Source: a virus (taxonomy: Duplodnaviria > Caudoviricetes). From it: a stretch of 61,779 nucleotides of DNA. Both the position numbers and the translations under genes were made by a program. The notes below the pieces were generated by a model that was given only the letters and a program-made list of their open reading frames with translations, made no database searches and was not told where the DNA came from. The stretch is from IMG/VR virus record IMGVR_UViG_3300048625_000096, positions 1 through 61,779 of that record; one strand, given 5' to 3'. This document shows, in pieces, positions 18,497 through 28,150 of the stretch (the first letter of the stretch is position 1; every line of letters begins with the position of its first letter).

Positions 18497-19846
18497 TTAC
18501 GCTGATGTAGGCAAGACTGCGTAGTCTGGCAAACGGTTAGCTGCGATGTTTACTGTGCTAAATACGGGGACCATTCTTTCATCAAAGATTACGTGGTTAA
18601 CCGTGAATGCATCAATAGTCACCCAATAGCGCATTCCCACACCTAGGTGGAGCTCAACAGGCATAGCTCCTGTCCAACCAACATCGGCTGTATTTCCTCG
18701 GAACTGAGTCGGTATTGTAAATCCCATAACAGTACGAAGGAAAAACTCTATGTCGTACATAGTGCCTCGGTTGTAAATCATCTCTTGCTCATTAAAGAGC
18801 TTCTTTACTTTAGCCGTATCTGCTTTTCCATAAGGGTCACGGTTTACATACACACCCTTTTTTAGAAGCTTTCCAGTTTTATCATAGTACTTCATGTCAA
18901 ACATGCGGTTAAGTACTAGCTCAAACTGAATTGTTCCACCATATGTGCTTCCACTCCATGCAGAATAGTCTTCTGTACCTGAGGTGTACATAGTTACGTC
19001 AATAGCAGGGCTTCCCTTATACGCCATAACAATTTGCCCAGGGTTGTATTGGAATTGGAAAGCGTACTTATTTGAATCCTGGGTAAGTTGGTCAGACCCA
19101 ACGTTAGTAGAGCCAGGAGGATTGGATACTCCCTGACCTGTAGTAGGTGTCCAAGTAGAAATCATTCCCTTATGGTTGGAGCTATTCTTCCATAAGTCCA
19201 TAGCTTTAGCAATGTCTCGCTTAGGTAGGTTACCGTAAGCACTCATTAAAACGTGTCTTTGGATGGTATCTTTAGGGTCATCAGTCTTTGTGTTAAATAC
19301 TTTCTTCTCAGCAGTAAAGTAGGCTTCCTTAACACTTCCAACGTTGTATACAAGAGGACCTGTTTTAGTAGCTACAGTAGCTGGCGGAGGAGTAGTGGTG
19401 TTGTTTACTGTTTTTGTATCATTATTAAAGATTGTCGAGTTGTAAGTACTTTGAGGGTTGGTATTAGGGTTGCCATCATAGCGAAGGATATCATCCTTTA
19501 GGCTAGAGATTCTTGCCTCAACTAGACCTATATTTGTGTTGATATTAGCGTAGCTCAGGCAGTACCGTGCCTTGGCTCCAATAGGTTCCACTGGAATAAG
19601 ATACTGGGCACCAGTAAATCTGGCAGAAATGTTCCTACCAGCACTGTCCGAAATAACGTATCTACTTACCGTAGAAGGGCTCATAGCATAAGCGTGGTAA
19701 AGTACTGCTCGACCATACCTCTTTGCGTTTTTTAGGGCCTTCAGTTCGGCCTCAGCCGCTGCAAGGTTAGCTCTTGCAGTAGATAATTTAGCCGCCATAG
19801 ACGTATCCGCGTTATAGTTTCCAATGTAACTTGGTGTAGTACCCAT
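18497..19846 (-). CDS. tail tube initiator/baseplate-associated protein (putative)
   Basis: C-terminal FQFQYNP...FD.RMVP domain; lies between tape measure and LysM genes. Confidence 0.6.
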   Translation of the reverse strand: MGTTPSYIGNYNADTSMAAKLSTARANLAAAEAELKALKNAKRYGRAVLYHAYAMSPSTVSRYVISDSAGRNISARFTGAQYLIPVEPIGAKARYCLSYANINTNIGLVEARISSLKDDILRYDGNPNTNPQSTYNSTIFNNDTKTVNNTTTPPPATVATKTGPLVYNVGSVKEAYFTAEKKVFNTKTDDPKDTIQRHVLMSAYGNLPKRDIAKAMDLWKNSSNHKGMISTWTPTTGQGVSNPPGSTNVGSDQLTQDSNKYAFQFQYNPGQIVMAYKGSPAIDVTMYTSGTEDYSAWSGSTYGGTIQFELVLNRMFDMKYYDKTGKLLKKGVYVNRDPYGKADTAKVKKLFNEQEMIYNRGTMYDIEFFLRTVMGFTIPTQFRGNTADVGWTGAMPVELHLGVGMRYWVTIDAFTVNHVIFDERMVPVFSTVNIAANRLPDYAVLPTSA

Positions 19847-19847
19847 A

Positions 19848-22100
19848 TTAGAGTCTTCCCATCTTATCTACGTGCTTGTCTTCATCTAGGTACTTTTTTA
19901 CCATAGTAGCTAGTCTTCTTGCCTCATCATCAGATGCTTTAGCGATGTTCACATTGATAGTCACATTCGCCCCAGAACTATTTTTATTAGATAGGCTGTG
20001 AGACTTCCACTCAGCAACTTGTTCAGCCGCGGCGTTTGGTTGAGCAACAGTGCTACCTCCCAAGTCTCCACCACCAGTGCCCGTACCTGCAGCACTGTAA
20101 GTAGCCGCACCTGCGTTACTGCCAGAACCTAGTGGGGAAGAAGATGACGCTGCATTGTTACTTTGATGTACTGCACCAATTTGCTGACTTACTGAGGTTG
20201 CACCACCGACAACACCAGCTAAGTTTGCACTAACCAAGCCAGAAGCACCAATGTAGTGCTTAGACTCTGAACTACTCTGGTCTGCGGATGCGCTACCAGA
20301 ATCCGTTACAGAGGTATTTATTGGGGCTCCACCACCCATATACGGAGAAGGGTTAGTAGGGCTTCCATTTTTCTCCAACTGGAAGTGCAGGTGAGGTCCA
20401 GTACTGAATCCAGTACTACCTGAGTACCCAATTACCTGTCCAGACTTAACTTGAGCACCATTTTGCACAGTCCATCTAGAAAGGTGAGCGTAAAGAGTTA
20501 CAAAACCATTTCCATGGTCAATCTTGACGTAGTTACCGAAAGAGCGACCTCCACTACCTCGCTGAGCTGCGATGACCCTACCATCAGCAGCAGCTTGTAC
20601 GGGAGTTCCTTCAGCAGCCCCAAAGTCAATGCCATTGTGGCCTCCTGGGTGGTTACCATCCTTAACTCCAAAACCAAGCGTAATAGCCGCAGATACTGGA
20701 CGAATTAACCGAAACACTCCATTATTCTGGCTACCACTGGTATTCTCGGCCCCACCGCCGCCAGCGGTATTTTGGGTCCCACTACCACCAGCAGTGCTAG
20801 GTCCAAGAGCGTTATTAGTACCATCACCACCAGAACCAGCAACTGCACCAATGAGGCCTCCAGCAACTGCACCAATAGCAGTTCCGACTCCTGGAGCAAT
20901 CATCGTACCGAGAGCTGCACCGCCAAGGGCTCCAGTAAGAGCGCCTCCAGCCATGTTACCTACAGCACCTACTCCCTGTAGTACTCCCTGGCCACCTCGG
21001 CTGCCAGTAACAGTCTGAATCATAGCGTTCAGGTTACCAACCTTAGAGGCAAGGTCTCCAAACTGGTCATTAAGAGCCTGTACCAAAGGTACAGCATCCT
21101 TCATTCCTTGGATATACTGGTCCGAAGCTTTTCCATACTGCTCTGTTTCAGAGGCATTTAAGTCGTAAGAACTACCCAGAGGATTATCCCCACCCATGCC
21201 CTTTAAGCCATTCTTCCACTCCCCAGCTTTTCCTCCAGAACGGTCAATCATGTATTGGGCAAATAGGGATTGCTGCTCCGAAGAAAGTCCAGAGTTTCTG
21301 ATAGCCTCGCCTAGTGCACCTCTACGGATAGAGTCACGAGTACGGTCGGGGGTACTTTTACGTACAGTAAGTCTTTTAGCAAGTTCTTCAAAGATTTGCT
21401 GCATAGGTTTTTCTTTACCAGTAGTTAGGTCAGCGGTAAAGATACCGAATTTCTTCATAAGGTTAGAGGAGCTTTGTCCTCCAGTAAGGTCTGCAACGGC
21501 CTGTGTAGATGCTTCTACAGGCATGTTTAGGTATCGGCTAATTCCAGCACCCATGCTCACTGTCTGCATGTATGTACTTCCAGCTGCACCGCTAAAGTTC
21601 ATTCCTCTACCAGCAAGCATCGAGGCTACTCTTTGGTCAGCACCAGCAGAAGTCATACCTCCTGCACGAGAGATTGCTCCAAAAGTAGCTTGCTGCATTA
21701 CTTTGCGGTTAGCTCCGCCCATAATTCCAGCGTTGTAGTACCCACCAGCATAACCAATAGTTGCTTGGATATCTGGCATACCAGTAGCAGCTGCCTTAGC
21801 AAGGCCGCCAATACCACCGAAACCTGTAGGGATTCCTCCCATGCTTTGCCCAGCTGCTGATGGTGTAGAGAAGTTAGCCATACTGCCAGACATAAGGTTC
21901 TGGGTTCCCCCAGAAACGCCTAGCTGCTTCTGTCCCGTACCGCCGATGCTTCCACCGACGTTACCCATCTTTCCGCTAAGTTTAGAAAGAGTACCGCCAA
22001 TTTTATCTAGCGTAGTACCAAACTTAGTCCACTGAGAGAGCATCTTATCTGTTTTAGAGATAAACCCATCAATGGACTTGGAGAGGTCCTTTTCAGCCAT
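19848..22100 (-). CDS. tape measure protein with M23 peptidase domain
   Basis: Gly/Ala-rich helical N-part; HNGIDF, YAHL, STGPHLHF. Confidence 0.88.
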   Translation of the reverse strand: MAEKDLSKSIDGFISKTDKMLSQWTKFGTTLDKIGGTLSKLSGKMGNVGGSIGGTGQKQLGVSGGTQNLMSGSMANFSTPSAAGQSMGGIPTGFGGIGGLAKAAATGMPDIQATIGYAGGYYNAGIMGGANRKVMQQATFGAISRAGGMTSAGADQRVASMLAGRGMNFSGAAGSTYMQTVSMGAGISRYLNMPVEASTQAVADLTGGQSSSNLMKKFGIFTADLTTGKEKPMQQIFEELAKRLTVRKSTPDRTRDSIRRGALGEAIRNSGLSSEQQSLFAQYMIDRSGGKAGEWKNGLKGMGGDNPLGSSYDLNASETEQYGKASDQYIQGMKDAVPLVQALNDQFGDLASKVGNLNAMIQTVTGSRGGQGVLQGVGAVGNMAGGALTGALGGAALGTMIAPGVGTAIGAVAGGLIGAVAGSGGDGTNNALGPSTAGGSGTQNTAGGGGAENTSGSQNNGVFRLIRPVSAAITLGFGVKDGNHPGGHNGIDFGAAEGTPVQAAADGRVIAAQRGSGGRSFGNYVKIDHGNGFVTLYAHLSRWTVQNGAQVKSGQVIGYSGSTGFSTGPHLHFQLEKNGSPTNPSPYMGGGAPINTSVTDSGSASADQSSSESKHYIGASGLVSANLAGVVGGATSVSQQIGAVHQSNNAASSSSPLGSGSNAGAATYSAAGTGTGGGDLGGSTVAQPNAAAEQVAEWKSHSLSNKNSSGANVTINVNIAKASDDEARRLATMVKKYLDEDKHVDKMGRL

Positions 22101-22265
22101 TACTGCTTCCTAACTAACTTTCCGTCTTCTCTAGCTATTTCTAGCCAGTTCTTACGCTCTCGGTATGAGAGTTCCATAATCTCTGTTAGAGACCAACTAC
22201 TATATGCAGTTACTAGGGCCCTAAATTCTCCAACTAGTAACTCATATGGTACAAATCTAGAACCG
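22100..22265 (-). CDS. gp51-like chaperone segment, probably reached by +1 frameshift
   Basis: WSLTEIMELSYRERKNW motif; no convincing start or RBS; overlaps end of upstream gene in the +1 frame. Confidence 0.6.
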
Positions 22266-23072
22266 AAACAAAGTTCCGAGACTAATCGGAACCTCCACCT
22301 CTCCGCCACAGGTTTGGCAGGCTACGGTGGTGTCTTCAAACTTTGGTCCTGATGCGCGTTCAGCAATTGCTTCTGCTACATCACGACGGTCAGTAACACC
22401 CATGTTTAAAACTTGTTGTGGGCTTAGTACTGAACGCCCATCAATCTCCAAAACAGTTCCCTGTAGAAGGATTGTGGTTAGTTCAGCCATTGATTTATCT
22501 AGGCTAGTAGAAATCTCACGCTGAACTGCACCGTTAGGCAGAGTAACTAGGTACTCGTGCTTACGGCTTGAAACTGTGAACGTACGGTCTGTCTTAGGGT
22601 CTACAAGAACTTTAGACTTAATGTCTTCGTCTACGTTTACCTCAACTTCTACAGGCTCATTACAGCCAGCACAGAAGCTGTTTACAGTCGCTGTGTTACC
22701 GAAGGTAGCCTTGTAGATTCCTAGCATTAGTGCATCACGGTCACCAGCAAGAAGGTTGTCTAAGACAGCCTCAGTTGCTTTAATGTTTCCGACACTAACT
22801 ACGCCACGGCCAAGGATTGCTGAAAAGACACGTCCAGGGTTACCACTCTTAGCGATAATCTCTTCATCCCTACCTGTTAGTTCACGTACTTCTGCGGTCT
22901 TGATGACCTCCCCAGCGTCTGAAATGTAGCCGCCAGGGAGGTGCACCAAGGTATCCGAAGGAGGGATAATTGTTGCTGGTTCCGTTGTTGTAGCTTGAGC
23001 AGACATGGCCTGGTTAATAAGGCCATTAGCTAGTGATGGATTGTCTGCTGCTTTGATTGATTGTGTAGTCAT
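22257..23072 (-). CDS. tail assembly chaperone (T4 gp26-like)
   Basis: VRELTGRDEE, two CxxC pairs; between tube and tape measure genes. Confidence 0.75.
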   Translation of the reverse strand: MTTQSIKAADNPSLANGLINQAMSAQATTTEPATIIPPSDTLVHLPGGYISDAGEVIKTAEVRELTGRDEEIIAKSGNPGRVFSAILGRGVVSVGNIKATEAVLDNLLAGDRDALMLGIYKATFGNTATVNSFCAGCNEPVEVEVNVDEDIKSKVLVDPKTDRTFTVSSRKHEYLVTLPNGAVQREISTSLDKSMAELTTILLQGTVLEIDGRSVLSPQQVLNMGVTDRRDVAEAIAERASGPKFEDTTVACQTCGGEVEVPISLGTLFRF

Positions 23073-23093
23073 GTTGTAGTCCTTTTACTTTAA

Positions 23094-23711
23094 TTACTCG
23101 AATGAAGGTGCTGAAGATTCGGTTGACGATGCCCAGTTTAGGTCGAAACCTTCGTGTACAAGGGTCAACTGCTCAACGAAAATAGCGTTGTCACCAGCGT
23201 TTAGGTCTGAGTAGGCCAACGATGTAATCCAAGCGTTGTAGACGTTGAAACGCATTGCTACGTGGTCGTCTCCAGCAGTTGAGTTAGTGTCGTTTGCACC
23301 AGAACCTGCAATAGGGTGTGAAAGCACCTGAATCTCAACGTCACAGCGGAAGTTGTTCTTCAAAGTGTTAGTGGTTGATGGGCCACCCTGAACGGTTGCG
23401 AATAGCTTACGCATCCACTTCCAGTGCTGGTCAGAACCTAGAACCACACCACGCTGAAGCGTGATAGGTGCAAAGGTAGTCTGTCCAGGAATCTGGTGAA
23501 CAGTGGTGTTGTAGCCACCCTCACGATAAGGGATTGAGTCAGTGGTTACTGACATTCCCGAAACCGAGGTGAAACCTACGGTGGCACTCTTAATACCAGT
23601 ACCTAGCCAGTCTGAAGCAGCTGGGTCTAGAGGCTTAAAAGTAACCAGGAATCGGAAATTTCTGATTGGGTCCGTTGCCAGTGTGGAACGGTTGTTGATA
23701 ATGGTTGCCAT
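23094..23711 (-). CDS. tail tube protein (T4 gp19-like)
   Basis: DPIRNFRF, YREGG, IPGQTTFAPITLQRG, NAW, LVHEG. Confidence 0.93.
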   Translation of the reverse strand: MATIINNRSTLATDPIRNFRFLVTFKPLDPAASDWLGTGIKSATVGFTSVSGMSVTTDSIPYREGGYNTTVHQIPGQTTFAPITLQRGVVLGSDQHWKWMRKLFATVQGGPSTTNTLKNNFRCDVEIQVLSHPIAGSGANDTNSTAGDDHVAMRFNVYNAWITSLAYSDLNAGDNAIFVEQLTLVHEGFDLNWASSTESSAPSFE

Positions 23712-23729
23712 TACTTATTTCTCCTTCGG

Positions 23730-25265
23730 TTAAACGCCAGTAGTTTGGCTTAGGTTGATAACCACGAACTCAGCTGGGTACTGCAAAGCAACACCAACCT
23801 CGATGTGAACCTCACCGTTAGCAATAGCGTTTGTGCTGTTGTTTTCTGCGTCACACTTAACGTAGAAAGCTTGCTGAGGTGTAGTTCCACGAAGACCACC
23901 CTGGTTGCGGTAGTCGTTTAGGAATGAAGCTACAGAAGTACGTAGCTTTGCCCATAGACGCTCGTCGTTGTTCTCAAACAAAGCGAAAGTGGTGATGTCC
24001 GACAACTGCTCCTTGATGTAAATCAATGAACGGCGCATGTTGACGTACTTGTTAGCAGTACCATCCTGAAGAAGGGTACGAGCACCCATAACAACTACGC
24101 CAGCACCTGGTAGGTTACGGATAGCGTTAACAGGAGCAGTAGATGCGTTCAAGCTGTCTAGTTCTGCAGAAGTGAAAGCCTTCTCCAAAGCTACGACGCC
24201 ACGAAGCTGTGCACCAACACCTGCAGGAGCCTTGAAAGGACCAACTTCACGGTCAGTTGACAGGTAAAGACCTGCAACAGCACCAGCTGGACCAATCTTA
24301 CGTAGAGAAGCATTGCTGCGACCTACTGGGTCTGAGATGTACACGTTAGGGTAGTAGACTGCAGCGTGGCTTGACTCCTGGAAACCAGCAGCGTATGAAA
24401 GAGCCTGAGCAACAGTTAGGTTAGGAGCAGTGCCATCAAGAGCCTGGTCAGTATCGATAACAACAAACGCGTTGTTCAATCCAGCCCAACCAACTACCTC
24501 GTCTAGAACAGTCTGACCATCAGTTGCACCAAGCTGTGCGATAACCTCAGGAACGAATACTACTAGAGGGCGGTTAAGAATCTCGAACTCAGCTAGAACA
24601 GAGTTAGAAGTACCTAGGTAGTCTCCAGCAACTGGAGTAGTGCCGTCAAGGCCGCCAGTTAGAGGAAGGATAGCTAGTGAAGGAAGAGCAGTGTTGTCTG
24701 CAACTACTGAGATGGTGATGTACTTTGAGTTAAGGTTTACAACAGTCTCAACGAAGTCACCAGAAGTAGGAGCATCGAAAACAACGTTAGTGTAGCGCTC
24801 TAGTAGAGTGTCTCCAGCTAGAGTACCTGAGTTGTTTGCGGTACCTTCTTTGTATACTGACAGGTTGTGGTATGAAGTAGTGCCTACACGCTCAAGCTGA
24901 ATACGTAGGTTGTTGCCTTCAGTTCCGAAGCTTACTGCTTCAATAGTAGCAACTTCAGGAGTGTCGCCTTCTTCTACTAGAGTAGCGGTTGCCTTAGCTG
25001 CATCGCTGTGTACTACACGGCGAACGTAAAGCTCTGAACCACCATTCTTGAAGAATGAGCCAATTCCAAAAGTAGCTGGATAAGCTGCGTCGTAACCACC
25101 AAAAGTACGAACAAAGTCATACCATGAAGTTACGCGGGTTACTGCGGTTGGTCCCTGTGCAAATACACCGATTGCGGCACCTGCAGCGTCTGCAGTACCT
25201 TCGGTGTTGATAGCAGCAGGAAGTAGGCTCTCATTAATGTAGATGCCTGGACGTTGGTACGTCAT
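23730..25265 (-). CDS. tail sheath protein
   Basis: RPGIYINE, AVYYP, KAPAG, GART, FENND..LW, FYVKCD, PAEFV. Confidence 0.96.
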   Translation of the reverse strand: MTYQRPGIYINESLLPAAINTEGTADAAGAAIGVFAQGPTAVTRVTSWYDFVRTFGGYDAAYPATFGIGSFFKNGGSELYVRRVVHSDAAKATATLVEEGDTPEVATIEAVSFGTEGNNLRIQLERVGTTSYHNLSVYKEGTANNSGTLAGDTLLERYTNVVFDAPTSGDFVETVVNLNSKYITISVVADNTALPSLAILPLTGGLDGTTPVAGDYLGTSNSVLAEFEILNRPLVVFVPEVIAQLGATDGQTVLDEVVGWAGLNNAFVVIDTDQALDGTAPNLTVAQALSYAAGFQESSHAAVYYPNVYISDPVGRSNASLRKIGPAGAVAGLYLSTDREVGPFKAPAGVGAQLRGVVALEKAFTSAELDSLNASTAPVNAIRNLPGAGVVVMGARTLLQDGTANKYVNMRRSLIYIKEQLSDITTFALFENNDERLWAKLRTSVASFLNDYRNQGGLRGTTPQQAFYVKCDAENNSTNAIANGEVHIEVGVALQYPAEFVVINLSQTTGV

Positions 25266-25309
25266 ATGGGTTTCTCCTAACTAGGGTTGATTAAACAGTG
25301 GGTAACGAA

Positions 25310-25969
25310 TTATGCCGAATTGGAAATCTGTCCTACACCAATAAAACCATCACGAGTGAGTATTGGTTCATCGACAGTAACTGACAGTGCCTTGTATAGC
25401 TGCTTATACGAGTCGAGCGAAATCTCACTAGAGACTCGCACGCTTATTACATTTACGAACAAACGCTTTGCCTGTTCGGTGCTATCTCTCTTCGAGCTAG
25501 CTAGGACATCTAGACGACGCATTGTGGAAGTTGTAGTAGTAGTTTCTCCATCTACTACAACATTCTCAATAACCTCTAGTGCCCCAAATCTAATTGGTAG
25601 CTTTTCAAACAAAATTTGAGTAAGCATTTCACGGTCGTGACGTGGGTGACGAGCGTAGGTTGTAATCTGGTAATCAATGTTTACAGGGATAGGCATGTGA
25701 ATGACCCAGCCCTGCTCAGGAGTCAATCCTTCTGGAGCTAGGTACTCTGGGTCTACTAGACCACGGTGCTCACGAGTAGTGTCTCGGTTGATGTCTACCA
25801 TGTCGATAGTTACATAAGGAAAGTTCTGAGCACGTACTTCTTGGTCAGGCTGACCGAACCAAACACCAACCTGACGTGGAACATCTTGTCCATCAGCCTT
25901 CTGGTCGTGGACAGTAATACCCTGAAGTTTAAGTCGAAGGGCTTTATCTTCACCTAGTAGGAATGTCAA
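25310..25969 (-). CDS. tail terminator/completion protein (putative)
   Basis: P.PVNIDYQITTYAR; immediately upstream of sheath. Confidence 0.65.
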   Translation of the reverse strand: MTFLLGEDKALRLKLQGITVHDQKADGQDVPRQVGVWFGQPDQEVRAQNFPYVTIDMVDINRDTTREHRGLVDPEYLAPEGLTPEQGWVIHMPIPVNIDYQITTYARHPRHDREMLTQILFEKLPIRFGALEVIENVVVDGETTTTTSTMRRLDVLASSKRDSTEQAKRLFVNVISVRVSSEISLDSYKQLYKALSVTVDEPILTRDGFIGVGQISNSA

Positions 25970-26277
25970 AACTTACCTCCCAAAATGTCGTTAAGGCTTT
26001 TAACAAAAGCAGACTCTGCCCCAGTAGGATTGTTGGAGTACTTAAGAAGAACTGAAGTAGGACGTGATTTAGGAGTTCCGTACTCATAGTCAAATGCTTC
26101 AGTAGCGTGCTCTTCAGGAACTACAGCAGACATGACAGAGCCATCGTAGGATACAGAGATGCTGTCAGCCACTTCAGGGGCCCAGTTACTTGCTAGAGCA
26201 GCAGCACGCAGGTCAGCTTGTGCTTGAACTGCGGCGGCATGTGATGCCTGCTCAATAGCGTCTAGGACGTGCTTCAT
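25966..26277 (-). CDS. neck/head-tail protein (putative)
   Basis: DYEYGT..RP motif; synteny. Confidence 0.55.
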   Translation of the reverse strand: MKHVLDAIEQASHAAAVQAQADLRAAALASNWAPEVADSISVSYDGSVMSAVVPEEHATEAFDYEYGTPKSRPTSVLLKYSNNPTGAESAFVKSLNDILGGKF

Positions 26278-26492
26278 TACTCCTGCTTGCCTGTGTGGGA
26301 CTTTGGTGATGCAAATTTCCGACTCTTGTAACCTGCTACCGCACCAAGCATTTTTGCTTGTCGTGTATAGGTGGGACGCATCCAGGCTGTGCCGCCATAC
26401 TGGCGAACAGAAGCTAGGAACTCTTCCCTTTCCTCGTGAGATTCAAAGTCATTGACTTGTTCCCACCAGGGCTTGAAGTTGTCAGAAAACAT
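26277..26492 (-). CDS. hypothetical protein
   Basis: AAGGA RBS, ATG 26492, TAATG-coupled to downstream gene. Confidence 0.65.
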   Translation of the reverse strand: MFSDNFKPWWEQVNDFESHEEREEFLASVRQYGGTAWMRPTYTRQAKMLGAVAGYKSRKFASPKSHTGKQE

Positions 26493-26618
26493 CAGCAAAA
26501 TCCTTATTACAGGCGCAGGTCTGGTCGAAACCAGGTAGACTTCCGCACAGATGCCTACCCATTAAGAGTAAAAGAAAACCCCGCCAATGGCAGGGTAAAC
26601 TTTTTGTTTGTGTTGGGA

Positions 26619-26687
26619 CTACTTGCCAGAAGGAGCCTGAGGGATAGGCCTCTTCTTTTTAGTGCAGTTACAGTCTTTAATAGACAT
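26619..26687 (-). CDS. 22-aa basic micropeptide MSIKDCNCTKKKRPIPQAPSGK
   Basis: Start overlaps upstream stop (TAATG); below ORF-track cutoff. Confidence 0.4.
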   Translation of the reverse strand: MSIKDCNCTKKKRPIPQAPSGK

Positions 26688-26983
26688 TACTTGCGGCCAG
26701 TCTTCTTTTCACGTTTGTCTTCACGTTTTTCGCCAGCTTTGCCTTCACGCTTCTCGTGAGCAGCTTCCTTGGCTTTAATCTTGCGAATAATACCAGCGTC
26801 AATCTTCTTGTCTTCAGCCATAGTCTTTGGCTTCTTCTTGGCACCGTGAGCGTCGTCAGCTTTCTTGAAAGCCTTCTTCTCATCTTTTTCAGTTAGACCA
26901 GCTTTACGGAGCATTGCTGCATCCTTCTTCTTGTCTTTAGCTTCAGTGTACTTGCCTTTTTCGTAACTTGGTTTAACAGCCAT
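26687..26983 (-). CDS. small Lys-rich protein
   Basis: 98 aa, highly charged, TAATG-coupled. Confidence 0.75.
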   Translation of the reverse strand: MAVKPSYEKGKYTEAKDKKKDAAMLRKAGLTEKDEKKAFKKADDAHGAKKKPKTMAEDKKIDAGIIRKIKAKEAAHEKREGKAGEKREDKREKKTGRK

Positions 26984-27285
26984 TACTTCTTTCCTACTCG
27001 TCGTTTGTTCTCTTTAGCGGTGTTTTTTCCATGTGCCAATGGTCTTAGGTTACTCTTACGGTCATCAGAATGGTTATTGTTCTTGTGGTCAACATCAACA
27101 TTCTTAGGAAGTTTCTTTCCAGAAGATTTCTCGTAATCTGCACGAGCCTTGTTCTCAGAAGTAGTCTTCCAAGTACCATCCGCTTGCTTAGTCTTAGTCA
27201 CGTAGATAGGGCGTCCACCGTTAGCGGCTGAGCCCTTGTAAGGACCGAACTTCTTTTTGGTGCCTACTTTAACAGTCATTACCAT
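26983..27285 (-). CDS. small basic HNH-like protein
   Basis: DVDHKNNN..DD..SNLR motif. Confidence 0.7.
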   Translation of the reverse strand: MVMTVKVGTKKKFGPYKGSAANGGRPIYVTKTKQADGTWKTTSENKARADYEKSSGKKLPKNVDVDHKNNNHSDDRKSNLRPLAHGKNTAKENKRRVGKK

Positions 27286-27581
27286 TTAACCTTATTGGCC
27301 CAGTATGCTGCTGACATCTTGCCTTTAGCAATGTTCTTAGCGTGACGAGCCTTGAAAGATTCACGACGCTTACGGTAAGCCTCAGACTCATGCTCTTTTT
27401 CAGGAGACCCTTTAACACCCTGTTGACCAAAACGAATGGTCTTAATCTGGTCACCTTCTTTAGCCACTACTACGTGTGACTTAGCAGCACCAGGGGTAGC
27501 TTTAGGTTTGTTGTAGCCAGTAACTCCTGCACGAGCTAGTCGTGGGTCTTTCTTAGATGCTGGTTTCTTCTTCTCAGCCAT
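27279..27581 (-). CDS. small basic protein
   Basis: IRFGQQG...RRESFKARH...SAAYWANKVKW. Confidence 0.75.
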   Translation of the reverse strand: MAEKKKPASKKDPRLARAGVTGYNKPKATPGAAKSHVVVAKEGDQIKTIRFGQQGVKGSPEKEHESEAYRKRRESFKARHAKNIAKGKMSAAYWANKVKW

Positions 27582-27699
27582 TCTTCTTTACCTTTTTTGG
27601 TAGGGATTTAATACTAGTGGTTTTAGCTGCAAATTCCTTTGCTAGCTTAGGTTTATTAGCGTATAGGAACTTCATCTGGGCCAGTGATTTAAAAGGCAC
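27574..27699 (-). CDS. 41-aa basic protein MPFKSLAQMKFLYANKPKLAKEFAAKT...
   Basis: GTG overlaps upstream TAG; fills the gap exactly; missed by ORF track. Confidence 0.7.
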   Translation of the reverse strand: MPFKSLAQMKFLYANKPKLAKEFAAKTTSIKSLPKKVKKNG

Positions 27700-28148
27700 T
27701 AGTCCCACCAGATGTTGTTGCCCGCAAAAATCCAGTCGTCTGTGCCAATCTTAATCAACTTAGTAACACCTGTTCCTGTAAACCCCATGTAGTCAGTCCC
27801 CGTTCCATGTCCCTCGCCGTAAACATTAGACTGCGTTTCGGAGCCTTCATCAAACCCTTCACGCAGCATAACCGCGGCATCAATGGTCACAAAAGTAATC
27901 ACAGTCCCAATAGGGAAGGGCACAGCTGCATTTGCGGGAACTCTAAAGCCCTGTGTGTAATTATTCTCATCTTTAGTTACATAGATGAAGGTCCCTGCAT
28001 CCGACAAAGCCAAAACGATGTCTGGAATTGATGAGACAATAGGGTTTCTAGTACTAGCCTTAAGAGAATTAGTGTCTAGATAATCTAAAGCAGTATTTAG
28101 GGTTGTACCCCAATTTGACTGCCCAACAGTAGGTTTAGTAAGTGGCAT
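27699..28148 (-). CDS. virion structural/fibre-associated protein (putative)
   Basis: N-terminal MPLTKPTVGQSNWGTTLN; C-terminal LIK.GTD.W...G. Confidence 0.6.
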   Translation of the reverse strand: MPLTKPTVGQSNWGTTLNTALDYLDTNSLKASTRNPIVSSIPDIVLALSDAGTFIYVTKDENNYTQGFRVPANAAVPFPIGTVITFVTIDAAVMLREGFDEGSETQSNVYGEGHGTGTDYMGFTGTGVTKLIKIGTDDWIFAGNNIWWD

Positions 28149-28150
28149 GA

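Noticed and set aside
11242-25969. Stand-alone contractile injection system/tailocin
   Set aside because: Capsid, portal, terminase and replication genes are in the same contig, so this is a phage tail
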